A stretch of DNA of 64,000 nt, from positions 41,480,001 to 41,544,000 of the forward strand of contig NC_087436.1 of NCBI RefSeq assembly GCF_036321535.1, read 5' to 3'. The translations under genes and the position numbers were made by a program. Of this stretch, positions 52,411 to 64,000 are shown in pieces. The notes under the pieces were generated by a model. That model saw only the letters and a list, made by a program, of their open reading frames with translations, was not told where the DNA came from and made no database searches. This stretch comes from Camelus dromedarius. Taxonomy: Eukaryota. Within the stretch, counting starts at the first letter, position 1. Each line of letters opens with the position of its first letter.

Positions 52411-55084
52411 TAGCATGCATAAGAAGAGTGACAGGGCGAAGTTACTGGGCTAACATACTGGAGAGCAGGGCCTGATATGTTACTGTTTTCTTCCAGAGAG
52501 ACCAGCCTAGCCCTGAATGTTAAACTTTATGGGGTGAAAAAAAAAACAAACTTGGGAATAAAAAGGATGTTCCTGTCTAGTTTCTATTGGGGTGTGGTAA
52601 TATGCATACAGATATGGAAAATTCCAACCACCCTCCCCACGTGAGTGGATTTTAGTGAAAGTTTCAACTTCTTAACCATCTCGTGTCATCTCTTCCCTGA
52701 GGGAAGTGTTACTTATCTGATTGGTCAGAGGACAAGAAACTCATTGGACCACACTTTTAAAACTGCAGTTATTTTGCTGCATAAGCCCAAATGCAAAGGG
52801 ACATGAAAAGACTTACAATAAGACTGGGTAATTATTGGGCAATTATAAACCATAAGAATACAAGTGACACAACCCTAATATTAAAGTATTTTTAAAGAAA
52901 TTACATTTCTAACTGTCAACGTGGTCAGCTTCCAGTCAGCTCAGTTTAAGGAGAGACTTCACAAGAAAAGGTAAAATTAAGAATAGAAAATGAACAGGGA
53001 AAAAAAAATATATGAACTCGAATCAATCACTTTTTTGCCCATTATCTAGAAAGACATCAGGCCACATTTGCGTAGGATTAGATAAATATATCAATTGTAT
53101 AAAATAGATAATCTAGAAATTTATTCAGGTACATAAGGATTCTATCATATGATCATGGCCACTTTTCAGACAAGGGAGGAATGAAGAAATAAATAATGCA
53201 GCAAAAATGCTGAGACAATTTATAGAAAATTAGACATCTTTCTTAGAGCATTTACAAAAATAAGTACCACTAACATTATCTAAAGTACTACTAAGAAATG
53301 TAAGATAATATATTTAAATAAGGCATGGACAGCATGGGCATCAGAAGTGCAAAGACAAATGTGTAAGCAGTGTATGCTTGTTAATTAAATGCTTAGGAAC
53401 AGCAGAAGTATCATAAACAGATTTGCACATAAGCCACAGACCCATAACATTAATATGTGATATATACAACAAAGTACTCATATTCATAATAACTCCAAGA
53501 AATTGATGTGAGAAAGCCTAATACTTAATATAAATTTCACAGTGCACGTGAAAATCAAAGACAGAAGTAGAAATTTGAATAGTCAATAAAGGCCAAAAAT
53601 ATCTTTATTCTTACCAATTATAAACAAAATACCAAATTAAACAACTGTTTAAAGCATTTATTAATCATCCTTTTGAGAAAATACTAAAATAGAAAGCCAT
53701 TTCACGTTAAACTTTTCTCTAGGCATCCTTAAGGGGAAAAAAATGTAGCTGAGGGAAAAGGAAGTTTGGCTCTGTTGATGCACGAATAACAAACTTTTCT
53801 GATTCTTAATAATGTGAAGAAAATGGGCTATTTCTACTGTTTATTCTTCACTGTAATATCGCTGAAAGAAAACTCAATTCATAGGGAAAAGGTAAAATAT
53901 ATGTTGTAGCAAAGTAAAGGAATAAATATAGCATGTAGAATAAAGTGCTGAAATGAAAAGGATCATTCTCTCAATTATGAAAAGATTAACCACTCAGTAA
54001 ATCAGAGAAAAATAAATAAAGCATAAGATATTTTAATATCATTATATTGTAGTATAGACTTAGTTCACATTTTATTTAAAACTGGTAAGAGATTCATGTT
54101 AACTACATAGGCCAAGTGTTTAAAAATGAAATATTGTGTTATTATAGAAGCAGATGATCTGTTTTCTCCAGCTAGAGAATATTGTTTTTATGAAATAGAT
54201 TTTAAGTGAAAGTATATTCCTTAAAACTCAGATCAATGATAATGCAATACATAATGAGAATCTTAAAAATTGTTTCAAAAGTTATCTGTTGCATTTGTGC
54301 TATATAGAGAAGCAATTATCATTACCCTAAAAAGTATTTCTCAGCTTTTACAATAAGTCAAAATAAACTGTCTAAATAATCTTTTAGAATCACAGTCTTA
54401 AATACTCTAAAACTCGAAAAGATATTAAAAATGTTATTCCTTGAAGGTATTCACTCACTTGGAACTGTTACTATTCCAGCATAAAAACATCACTCCTGAA
54501 ATAAAGCTAAATGACATGGAAGGAGTAATAATAAAAAATAGAAAAAATGTTTACTTGACAATTATAAACTATAAGAAAATAAGTGGGACAACGCTAATAT
54601 TAGGGTATTTTTAAAGAAACTATTGTTATAAACATCAACAAGGACACTTTGAAAAGACATTTTCTCAAGTGAATATAAAACAGTCTAAATCACAGATTCA
54701 GTATGAAGCCAGTTAAATGTACTAAAGGGAATTGCTAGAAATATATGGAAGAAAATGAAGGAAAAATGACTGTTGAGGAAACAATGCATTGTCAGTTTCT
54801 GACAAAGTAAATTCAATAATGATCAGTAGATAATTTTAAATACAGCCAAACTTGAGCTTTTAGACAAATGTATAGTCTTAAGCATATTTACTATTAAGTA
54901 AGAAAAATTCACATGGGTGAACACAGCATTCAACACAAAAAGGCTTACGAATGAATACAACTCCAAGGAAAGTTAAAAAGTAATTAAAATAAAAAGAAGG
55001 TAGAAATCCTGTATTATAGGTTATGTATGTATGATCCTCTGTAGTACATACAGCCATACAGTTCTCAAAGTAGTTATTCATTTA

Positions 55085-57640
55085 AGCTCCCACCAACAGT
55101 GTATGTGATTTCAAATTGCTTCATAGCGTCAATAACATTTGTATGAGTTGTTGTTTTTGGGTTTTTTTTAGGTTTAATGATTCAGCTGATGTATAATGGT
55201 GGGACATGGTGATTTTAATTTGAATTATCCTGAAATCCAATGAAATTGAGCAACTTTTCTAGTATTTGGTCATTTAGATCTCTTCTATGCTTTGTCTGTC
55301 ATACATTTTGCACATTTTTTCTTTTTCTTTTCCTGAAGTGTGTAAGAACACTTAACCTGATAGATACCCTCTTACCAAGTTTTTAAGTGCACAATACAGA
55401 ATTGTTAATCATAAGTACATTGCTTTACACGAGATGTCTACAACTTATTCATTTTGCGTAAATGAAACTTTATACTTTTTAACAGCAACTCCACATTTCC
55501 CCCTCCCTGCAGCCCCACGTCTTTTCTATTGGTTATCCTGATTTATTTTTATTTATTTTGCAGAAGTAAATAAATGATGATGATGATAGATAGATAGATA
55601 GACAGATGGATATAGATAGAAGATAGAGATACAGATTTTTTTCTCTGATACATAATGCAATTATTTTTCTCACTATGAAAATTTTATTTTCACTCTCAAG
55701 ATTTTTTTTGATTATCAGATTTTTTTAATTTTAATGTAATTCAAATTGTATGTATAGATAGATATATATTTTCTTTCATGGTTAATGCTTTTGTGTCCTG
55801 TTTAAAAAATTTTTGCCTACCCCAAATAGGTTTTCATCTAAAGCCTTTATTATTTCTCTTTTCCTTTTTAGATCTATAACCCATATGAAATTAATTTTTA
55901 AATAGAGTATGAGATGTGACTCAAAACTTATTTTTTCAATATGGATATCCAATTGAACCAATTGAAAAGACATTTTCCTGCTGTAAGACAGTCTCATTAA
56001 CCATAAATTACATAGTCATATCTGTATGAAAATTTCTTGAATTTCTGTTCTGTTTGTTGGCCTATTTGTTTTTATTATTGCATCAGTATTACAATCATTT
56101 ATTTTACATTAGGTCTATAAAAAAATCTTGATATTTACTACTGTACATTCTCTCAATGTTTTATAAGAGCAATTATTAGTATGCAAGTTAATAAATGTTC
56201 TCAAAGTGAACACAATCTGGCAACTAGCAATAAGTAAAAGAAACAGTATTACCCAAACCTCAGACATTTCCCATGCATCCTTCCAGTCAGGATTCCTGCC
56301 CAAGTTCTGCATTATCTTAATATCCGGAAACACTTAACCATACAGGATGTACTCTGTCATCTCTGGCTTTTTTTATTCAATACTTTGTTCATGAGATTTA
56401 TGGTGTTGTGTAAAGTGGCGGTGTGTTTTCATTGCTGTATTTCATTGCATTGTATGTTCATGCCACCGTGTTTGTATTCATTCTTCTGAGAGGAAAATTC
56501 AGGTTGTTTCTAGTGTGAGGCTGTAATGAATAAATGTATTAGTTTTCTATTACTGCCATAACAAATTAATGCAAATTTAGTAGATAGAAACACATTTATC
56601 TCTCAGTTCTGGAAGTCAGAAGTCTACATGGGCTTCTTTGGATCCCTGCCCCAGGTCTCACTAGACTGACTAAGATATCTATCTGGAAGCTCTGGGGACG
56701 AGTCTACCTCTAGGATCCTTCAGTTTGTTGGTAGAATTCAGTTCATTTCAATTGTAGGGTTGAATTTCCCTTTTGCTTTCAGATGTTCATGGAAGCCTCT
56801 CTCAGCTCCTACATTCCTTGTCATGGTGCCACCTCCAGCTTCAAACAAGCAACTTCTCAGAGTCCTTATGCTTCACATCTCTCTCACTTCTGCTTGTGCT
56901 ACATCTCTTCTCAGTAGGAGGAAGTTCTTTGCTTTTAAGGGCTCATGTGATTAGATTGGACCTACCTAAGTAATCCAAAATAGTCTATTTTAAGATCCTT
57001 AAAGATAACTGTATCTGCAAAGCCCCTTCTACCATGTACCATAACATAATTTTAGCTTCTCAGGATAAGTTGTGGGTGATATCCTGTAGGGGAGGGGTGG
57101 CATTATTCTGCCTTCCATGATGCTGCTACTAATAGCATTTTTGTAGATAGATGGCTTTGTGAATACATATATGCATTTTATTTAGCATTTATAGTAGGAT
57201 AACCTGTTTGGGTCACACAGTGTCAAATTCAGTAGATTCTGCCAAACAGTTTTCCAAAACGTCTATACACTCTAGCAATCTACAAGGTCTCCTGTTATTC
57301 TACATTTTCAACACTACATGTTTTCTGATTTTTCCATTTTAGTCATTCTAGTAATGTACAGTATTTCACATTGTGATTTTGATACGGATTCTAATGATAA
57401 TTAGAAGACTGATACGTTTTTCATGTTTCTTATCTTTGGATATCCTTTATTTGTGAAGTATCTGTTTGAGTCTTTTGCTTATTTTTAAAATTTTGTTGCC
57501 TTCCTTTTATTTATTTCATGAATTTGGAAGAATTAAATATGTATTCTCTATATTAACACTTTGTTGGATATATTATTGGAAATCTTTTTCCACTCAAAAA
57601 ATTGCTTTTATTCTCTCTCCTAATTATATCTTTTAATGAA
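55085..57640 (-). mobile_element. Composite old L1 relics, containing a nested L1 3' piece (~55320-55517), a (GATA)n tract (~55575-55630) and an MLT1 LTR
   Basis: ctcccaccaacagtgtatg…; atggatatccaattg…; tgccaaacagttttccaaa are reverse-strand L1 ORF2/3' UTR motifs. Confidence 0.7.
56535..57119 (-). mobile_element. MLT1D-like LTR
   Basis: tgtattagttttctattactgccataacaaat…cagttctggaagtcagaagtc…ttttaagggctcatgtgattagattggacctacct…attattctgcct. Confidence 0.85.
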
Positions 57641-58552
57641 CATATCCTGGTAGTTTACCCATACCCAATAGTTCGTACCTTCTACTCCCATACCCTTAAA
57701 TTGCCTCTCCCCACTGGTAACCACTGATTTGGTCTCTGTATCTGTCACTCTACTTCTTTCTTATTATATTCACTAATTTGTTGATTTTTTAAATATTTTT
57801 TTCACATGTAAGTGATATATAGTATTTATCTTTTCTCTGTCTGGCTTATTTCACTTAGCATAATGCCCTACAAAGCAATCCATGTTGCTGCAAATGGCAA
57901 ATTTTCACTTTTATGACTGAGTAGTATTCCATTTATACATATGTACCACATCTCCTTTATCCATTCATCCACTGATGGAAACTTTGGTTGCTTTCATATC
58001 TTGACCATTGTAAATAATACTGCAATGAACATGGAGGTGCACGTATCTTTTTGAATTAGTGTTTTATTTTTTTTTCAGATATATACCTAGGAGTGGAATT
58101 GCTGGGTCATATGGTAATTCTGTGTTTGGTTCTTTGAGAAACTTCCATACTGTTTTTCACAGTGGCTGCAACAGTTTACATTCCCACCAACATTGTAGGA
58201 GGGTTCCCTTTTCTCCACATTCTTGCCAACACTTGTTATTTGTGTGTGTGTTTGTTTGTTTCAATGATAGCCATTCTGACAGGTGTGAGGTGATATCTCA
58301 TTGTGGTTTTGATTTGTATCTTCCTGTTGATTAGCAATGTTGAGCATCTTTTCATAAGCCTGTTGGCGATTTGTATTTCCTCTTTGGAAAAATGTCTATT
58401 CAGTTCTTCTGCCCATTTTTTAATCAGATAGTTTGTTTTTTTGGATATTGATTTGTATGAGCTGTTTATATATGTTGGCTATTAATCCCTTATAGGTTAT
58501 ATCATTTGCAAATATTTTCTCCTATTCTGTAGACTGTTTTTTTGTTTTGGAG
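57640..58552 (-). mobile_element. L1MA-like ORF2 end and 3' UTR
   Basis: ggcttatttcacttagcataatg…atacctaggagtggaattgctgggtcatatggta…gccattctgacaggtgtgaggtgatatctcattgtggttttgatttg. Confidence 0.9.
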
Positions 58553-58844
58553 ATAAGAGGAGAGTGAGATTAGGGTCTTATATTTTTAGGCTCCCTTATT
58601 TTGCAGCTACCATGGGCTGAGGATGCATTCAGTATCTTCTGACTAAGGTTTCATCTCTGGTCAGGTTGTTCTCTCCATGCAGTCCACTTTGTCTTGTTCT
58701 AGAAATTGCTCTCTTCTTTTATTATTTCAAGTCTAAGGCTCTTTTATGGTTTCAATTTATGTTGCCCAGGTCACGAACAGATGAAACATTTAAAGTTCAT
58801 TTTTTTGTGTGTTTGAGGGAGGGGTGCAGATTAGTTATATTTAT

Positions 58845-59300
58845 ATATTTACATATTCTACAAATATTTACTAGGACTTACTACTTCCCAGGAGTTTGTC
58901 AGGCACTGAAATACAATAGTGAATCACATGGACAAAGTCTTAATGGAGATGTAAATGTAGTGAGGGGAGGCATTCAGTGAACAAACAAAATAAATGTGTA
59001 ATGCATCAAGTGACAAAAAAGCTATATAAAAGGAAAAATGCATAGTATAGAGGTAGTGATGGAGGCATGAGAGAGTTTCCATTTTAAATATCAAGTAATC
59101 AGGAAAGTACTATGTGTTAAATAGAATTTGAGCCAATGTGATTTGAAGAAAGGGAGTGAATCACATAAATCCGTTTTGGAGGAGAATGTTCAGAGAGAGT
59201 AAATGGATATCAGAACTACAGCCTAGGCCAGCAGCCTGCTTAGTGTGTTTGAGAAATACCCAAGAGGCCAGTAATGGTTAAGAAGATTAAGGGAAGATTT
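58845..59300 (-). mobile_element. L2 fragment
   Basis: caaatatttactaggacttactac…gcctgcttagtgtgtttgagaaataccaagaggccagt. Confidence 0.65.
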
Positions 59301-59868
59301 CCTCATAATAATTTTAATAATTCCTATTCTTTGTAATTAATATATATTATTTTATGATGTAAAATTAATCGAGTTGTACATGTAGAATTTTGGATGTTAG
59401 GTAACATGGTCCATGGTCCATTTTTGCTGCCTTCTGATTCATATGACCCAAGACCATTCATTTAGTTTTTCTAGTGTTTATATTTATCTTCTGTTCAGGA
59501 CTTGAACCACATAATTTCCTTAGACCTTTCAATGCATATAAGAACAAGGAAAATTATTGTGTAATGTTTTCCTGTATACCCTAGAAACACTCAGTCTCTA
59601 GACCTTATTAACATATCAGTAGATCATTTCATTGTTTATTTTTGTGTATTTTAAGATTGTTAAAACTTATTGATCCTTTGTGGAGAATAAATTCAAAAAT
59701 AGATTTATATAAATTGTAATATTTTCTTTGCAATGTAAATTAATATGTCAGCCTAAATGTCAAATGAAACTGATAGTAAATAAATGAAAACTGTAATTTA
59801 TATAGTGAAATCAATCTATTTTAAGTAAATCTGGATTCTAAATGACAGACACCCTATTTCATACTTTT

Positions 59869-60005
59869 TAGTGAAATATAGTCAGTTTACAATGGTGTGT
59901 CAATTTCTGGTGTACAGCAAAATGTTTAAGTCATACATATACATATATATTCCTTGTCCTATTCTTTTTTTCATTATAGTTACTGTAAGATATTGAATGT
60001 AGTTG
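59869..60005 (-). mobile_element. Short L1 3' end
   Basis: gaaatatagtcagtttacaatggtgtgtcaatttctggtgtacagc…aagatattgaatgtagtt; 15-bp TSD ctatttcatactttt / ctacttcatattttt. Confidence 0.8.
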
Positions 60006-61539
60006 CTACTTCATATTTTTATATCTATTTTATTTCATTTTATTTGATCAATGCAAAAGGGCCACCAGTGAATTTTTTAACAGGATTTTCTGACATCAAA
60101 AGTTGTTAATTTGTTTCCTTAATGCAAACTATAAAACATTTTATTTATCTTATAGTATCCTATATTTGTTATACTTTTATAAAAAGTTATTAAAGTATTA
60201 AATACAAATCATAGTGATATAAAAATAATGTAAAAATTCATTAAAATAATATTCCATGAATAGGATAATTTTTAAATTAAATTTTAGATTTTTTAATCTA
60301 TTCATAGATAATATGTATTTTAAGTTTTAATTTTTAAAGTTTTGTTTTAATTGTACTTATTCTGGAATAATATTATTCTATAATTAACTTATACATTCTT
60401 ATTTTATACTTATCACTGATGAAACTTTGGGTGAAATGTATGGAATATATTTTTTTCACCATAAAACTTAAGAAGATTTTTGAATGTAGAATTTAGACGC
60501 AGTAAGCTTTTACCCAATTTTCTAACCTAAGTAAATCTTTTAAATCTCAGTCAAGACCAAATAGAGCTATTTGCCCTCTTCCAAACTGATTTGAGCTAGC
60601 ATTTTCAGCTCTGCTTAGCTCAGAGATTTGCTAACCAAAGACGTATTTTATAGCAGGCTTCAAACTAGAAAGGCGTGACTGCTCTGGGTGAGATTGATGA
60701 AAAGTCATTCCTGGTTAGTATTCTTGATTGATGAAAATAAGTAATCCTATAGAGATAAGTGCCATACTCTAGAGTGGATGATTGAATAAATCAATTGCAG
60801 TAACAGTATGGTTTTTATGTATATTTTTATTCTTTCTTGGGGTGATAATACCATATATTTTAGTGCCTTTTCAGAAGCTAAACTAATTGACAAGTGTAAT
60901 TCTATTTTGAAAAAAAAAGTTCAGTGATTGTGTTGCATTTACTTTGGAAATCCCTGAGGAACTTTTTTTCATGTGTAATCTAAGAAAATAAAATATTTAT
61001 TTTACATAACAGTATTATGAATTAGTAATACACAGTTTCTACTAAAAATAATATATATCAAAAATTATGAACTTTATAAAAACAACAGAGTAAATGATAA
61101 TGTAAGGCAAAACATGTTTTGAAATTAAATGAGTAAACATGATTGGAGTAAATTCTGAAAGATATATGGCTTCTCTATGCCACTCATTTTCAGTGTCTGG
61201 ATAGATCTCACTATAGATATTTCATAGTAAAACTGAAATAAACAATTTTAATATTTACATTGGATTAAACCAGTCATTTAACAGGTTGGAATGTTTCATT
61301 TATTGAACACTTAAGAAATGTAATGTTTCATGTTTATATAAATACACAAATACGTAATATATTGCAAGTCTTGTTAAGTTCAAATTTAAGTGATTAGATG
61401 ATGTGGGATATTATCCTTAGTAATCAACATTATTGAGAGTGCTTTGTAATAGTCATCAGCAAATAATAATAATAATTGATTATATGTCAGAAAATAAAGT
61501 AGTGTTTATTAAAAAGTCATTGATCTTCTTCTATAAAAT

Positions 61540-62970
61540 TAATTCATTCAACAAATAATTAGTGGTTATATTTCTAAACAATTCAATAGTTATTGGGGAT
61601 AACTTGACAAGTTATAAATGGACATTTAAGAAATGTATCATGGCCAATCCTGGTTTTCATGGAACTTATATCTATTTGGAAGAGACAAATAGAGAATGAA
61701 GTAATTATTTAATTATAATTATAAAAAGTATTAATAGAGTGAAGTAAGGTATAATAAAGAATATATAACAGTAATCTTATAATCTGGTAATGTGGTTAGA
61801 GGATTCAGGGACAACTTTTCTTATGAAGTAACACTAAAGCTGAAGTATAATTAGCTCAGTGAAGAGAAATGGGAAAGTACAAGAGAAATGCTCCAGCTCT
61901 AGATATAATTTTGTGCAATCAGTAAGTTTCAGAATTTGAGATTATGAGTACTACTCTCAAACAAGCTGTCTCTACATGTCAGTGAAACTGAATGAATAGC
62001 AATATTTAGTTACCATGAGAAAATGATGTTTAGTAACCATTGATAAGACTAGGATTGCCTGAAGAAAGCAAACAATTGTATAACTGGTGCACTTTTAAAA
62101 AAATACTTGGGTATTTAATGGAATATTTATTTCATTAATACAGAAAATATGTATGGAGGACCCACTATGTGCCAGGATCCCACCCTTATCTCTCCTCAAC
62201 CTTCTGTTCTAAAAGGATGAAACAGTTAAATAACAAATACAATAGATTGAATTATGATATATATCATATTTATAATTTTAATATAATCAGTATTAATATA
62301 GTAAATAGAGCAAGGTGTGGAAAACTTGCAATAGTAAGAAAGGAGATTTGTACAGTTTTTGCAGGGTGATCAGCCACTGAGAATAAGATAATTGAGAAAA
62401 GACTTAAAATATATGAGAAAATTGATCTGCCTGTAAGTTTGAAAAGAATATGCCAGGCCAAAGGAAGATCCGTTGCCAAGGCCTAAGGCAGGCATCTGCC
62501 TGATTGCATTCATGGACTAGTGAAGAAGACAATGTGGCCAGAGACAAGTGAGGGAAAGGAGAATGGAGTAGAAGTCACAGAGATAAACTGGGGCCAGAAA
62601 GCCCAAGGAATTATAGGTCATTTTAAAGACTGATTTTAGGCTGAGTGAAATGGGGGCCATTTAAGAATTTTAAGGAGAAAATTAGCATAGTCTGAAATAT
62701 GTCTTAATAGTATTTCTCTAGCTGGAATGTAGGAGACAGACTTTCAACTAGGCAAGAAGAAGTAAGAAAACCTATAGGTAGGCTATTGCTATAATCTGAG
62801 TAAGAGCAGATGGCAAATTGAACCAGAGCTACAGCAGCTGAGATGATGAGAAATTACCAGATTCTGAATCCAGTTTGATGACAGAGATAGAACTTCTTGC
62901 AAAAATAGATCGTGGGATGAGAAAGAAAGAAAAATCAAAGGTAGCTCTTGAGTTTTTGCCTTTTTGTTCT
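61540..62970 (-). mobile_element. L2 fragments
   Basis: attcattcaacaaata…; cccactatgtgccagg; gagtgaaatgggggccatttaagaattttaag…aggctattgctataatc. Confidence 0.7.
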
Positions 62971-63759
62971 GAGTTGCCCCTTTGCATTCTCATTTTAACA
63001 GAAATCTGTAGCTCATCTGAAGATACTACATTTACAGCCACCCTTTCAAGTGCTGACTATTTCTTTCTCCCAGAGTCCTTACACCCCTGTGCCTGACGTT
63101 TGTAGGCATTTTCCTGGTTCTTCATTGTTAATTTCAAACCATTCTCCCTCCATTCTCCCTTAAATCCTTCAGTTTTGAAAAATAGGTCATCAGATTACAT
63201 CATCCAGTACTGCTCATTAATAGTGGAATCAAGCAACCCTTTAGCATATTTCCCTAATTTCTTTCAGAGTTTAACTCCTGGCTCTTTATGATTTTCTCCA
63301 ACACTAATCATATTTTAATGTTTGGAAATTTCAAAAATTATGTGCCTTTAAGAGAGTTAGTGAATCAGGTTGTTCCTAGATGAAGATATGAGTCAGAGTC
63401 GTATTGGTAATGACATAGTCAGGAAAAAATGAATCAACTAAAATTACTAACCTTAAGATCCAGGAATCTCCTAGAATAATATAAAAGCATACTAAGTGTA
63501 GATATTTTAAGGTAATGCCATCAGGATAATTCATCTTTCTATTAAACTGTCTGACATTATAAACAATTTTACACTAGATATTTTCTTAGGTGTATTCTTA
63601 GCATATCATATGGCCCAAGTATTTGTTTTTTGAAAGTAATGACATTATTTCTTATTTCTGTATTCATAATAATATCGATGATTTCTTGAATGTTCCAATT
63701 CTGTATTTTATTCAACTATTTTAAGTGTCAATTTTTAACATTCTAACATAGATTCTTTT

Positions 63760-64000
63760 GTTTATTCATTCAATGATATATTCAATATTTAGCATCTTCT
63801 ATTTATCAAACTTTCTTTGATGTATTAAGGATAGGAGGAAAATACTGTTCTCATGAACCTCATGATCTAGTAAGGTCAAATAGATGATAAACAAAGTGGA
63901 ACAGGAGTTAAAAAGTTCAGGGAGGAGGATGTCAATTTGCAGGTTAATTTAGATGGTAAGTAAAATCATCAAGAAGGAGGTTAAGAAGGAGGTTATATTT
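63760..64000 (-). mobile_element. L2 3' end fragment
   Basis: tttattcattcaatga…tttagcatcttcta…ctgttctcatgaacctcatgatctagt. Confidence 0.55.

Noticed and set aside
1..64000. CRISPR array, operon or other prokaryote-like system
   Set aside because: No regularly spaced repeat-spacer units and no long ORFs; the window is mammalian TE-rich DNA.

Overview
AT-rich mammalian genomic DNA with no CpG island and no protein-coding exon I can recognise, so it is either intergenic or deep intronic. Two tRNA-derived SINEs resemble the camelid Vic-1 family, which suggests a camel or alpaca/llama genome (inference). The window is dominated by transposable-element relics: L1 pieces of many ages, five ERV1-type solo LTRs with 4-bp TSDs, ERVL/MaLR LTRs, a decayed ERVL provirus, L2, MIR, small DNA transposons and microsatellites. 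Almost all ORFs in the supplied track are L1/LTR remnants or chance ORFs. I found no convincing new biological system. The most notable items are non-canonical retrotransposition products: a 26-nt tailless U6 copy inside a 5'-inverted L1, and an internal L1 RT fragment with a perfect 14-bp TSD but no poly(A). Also notable are a stack of five insertions nested in an ERVL remnant and an LTR with a duplicated terminus. Repeat family names come from recalled consensus resemblance, not from a database search.
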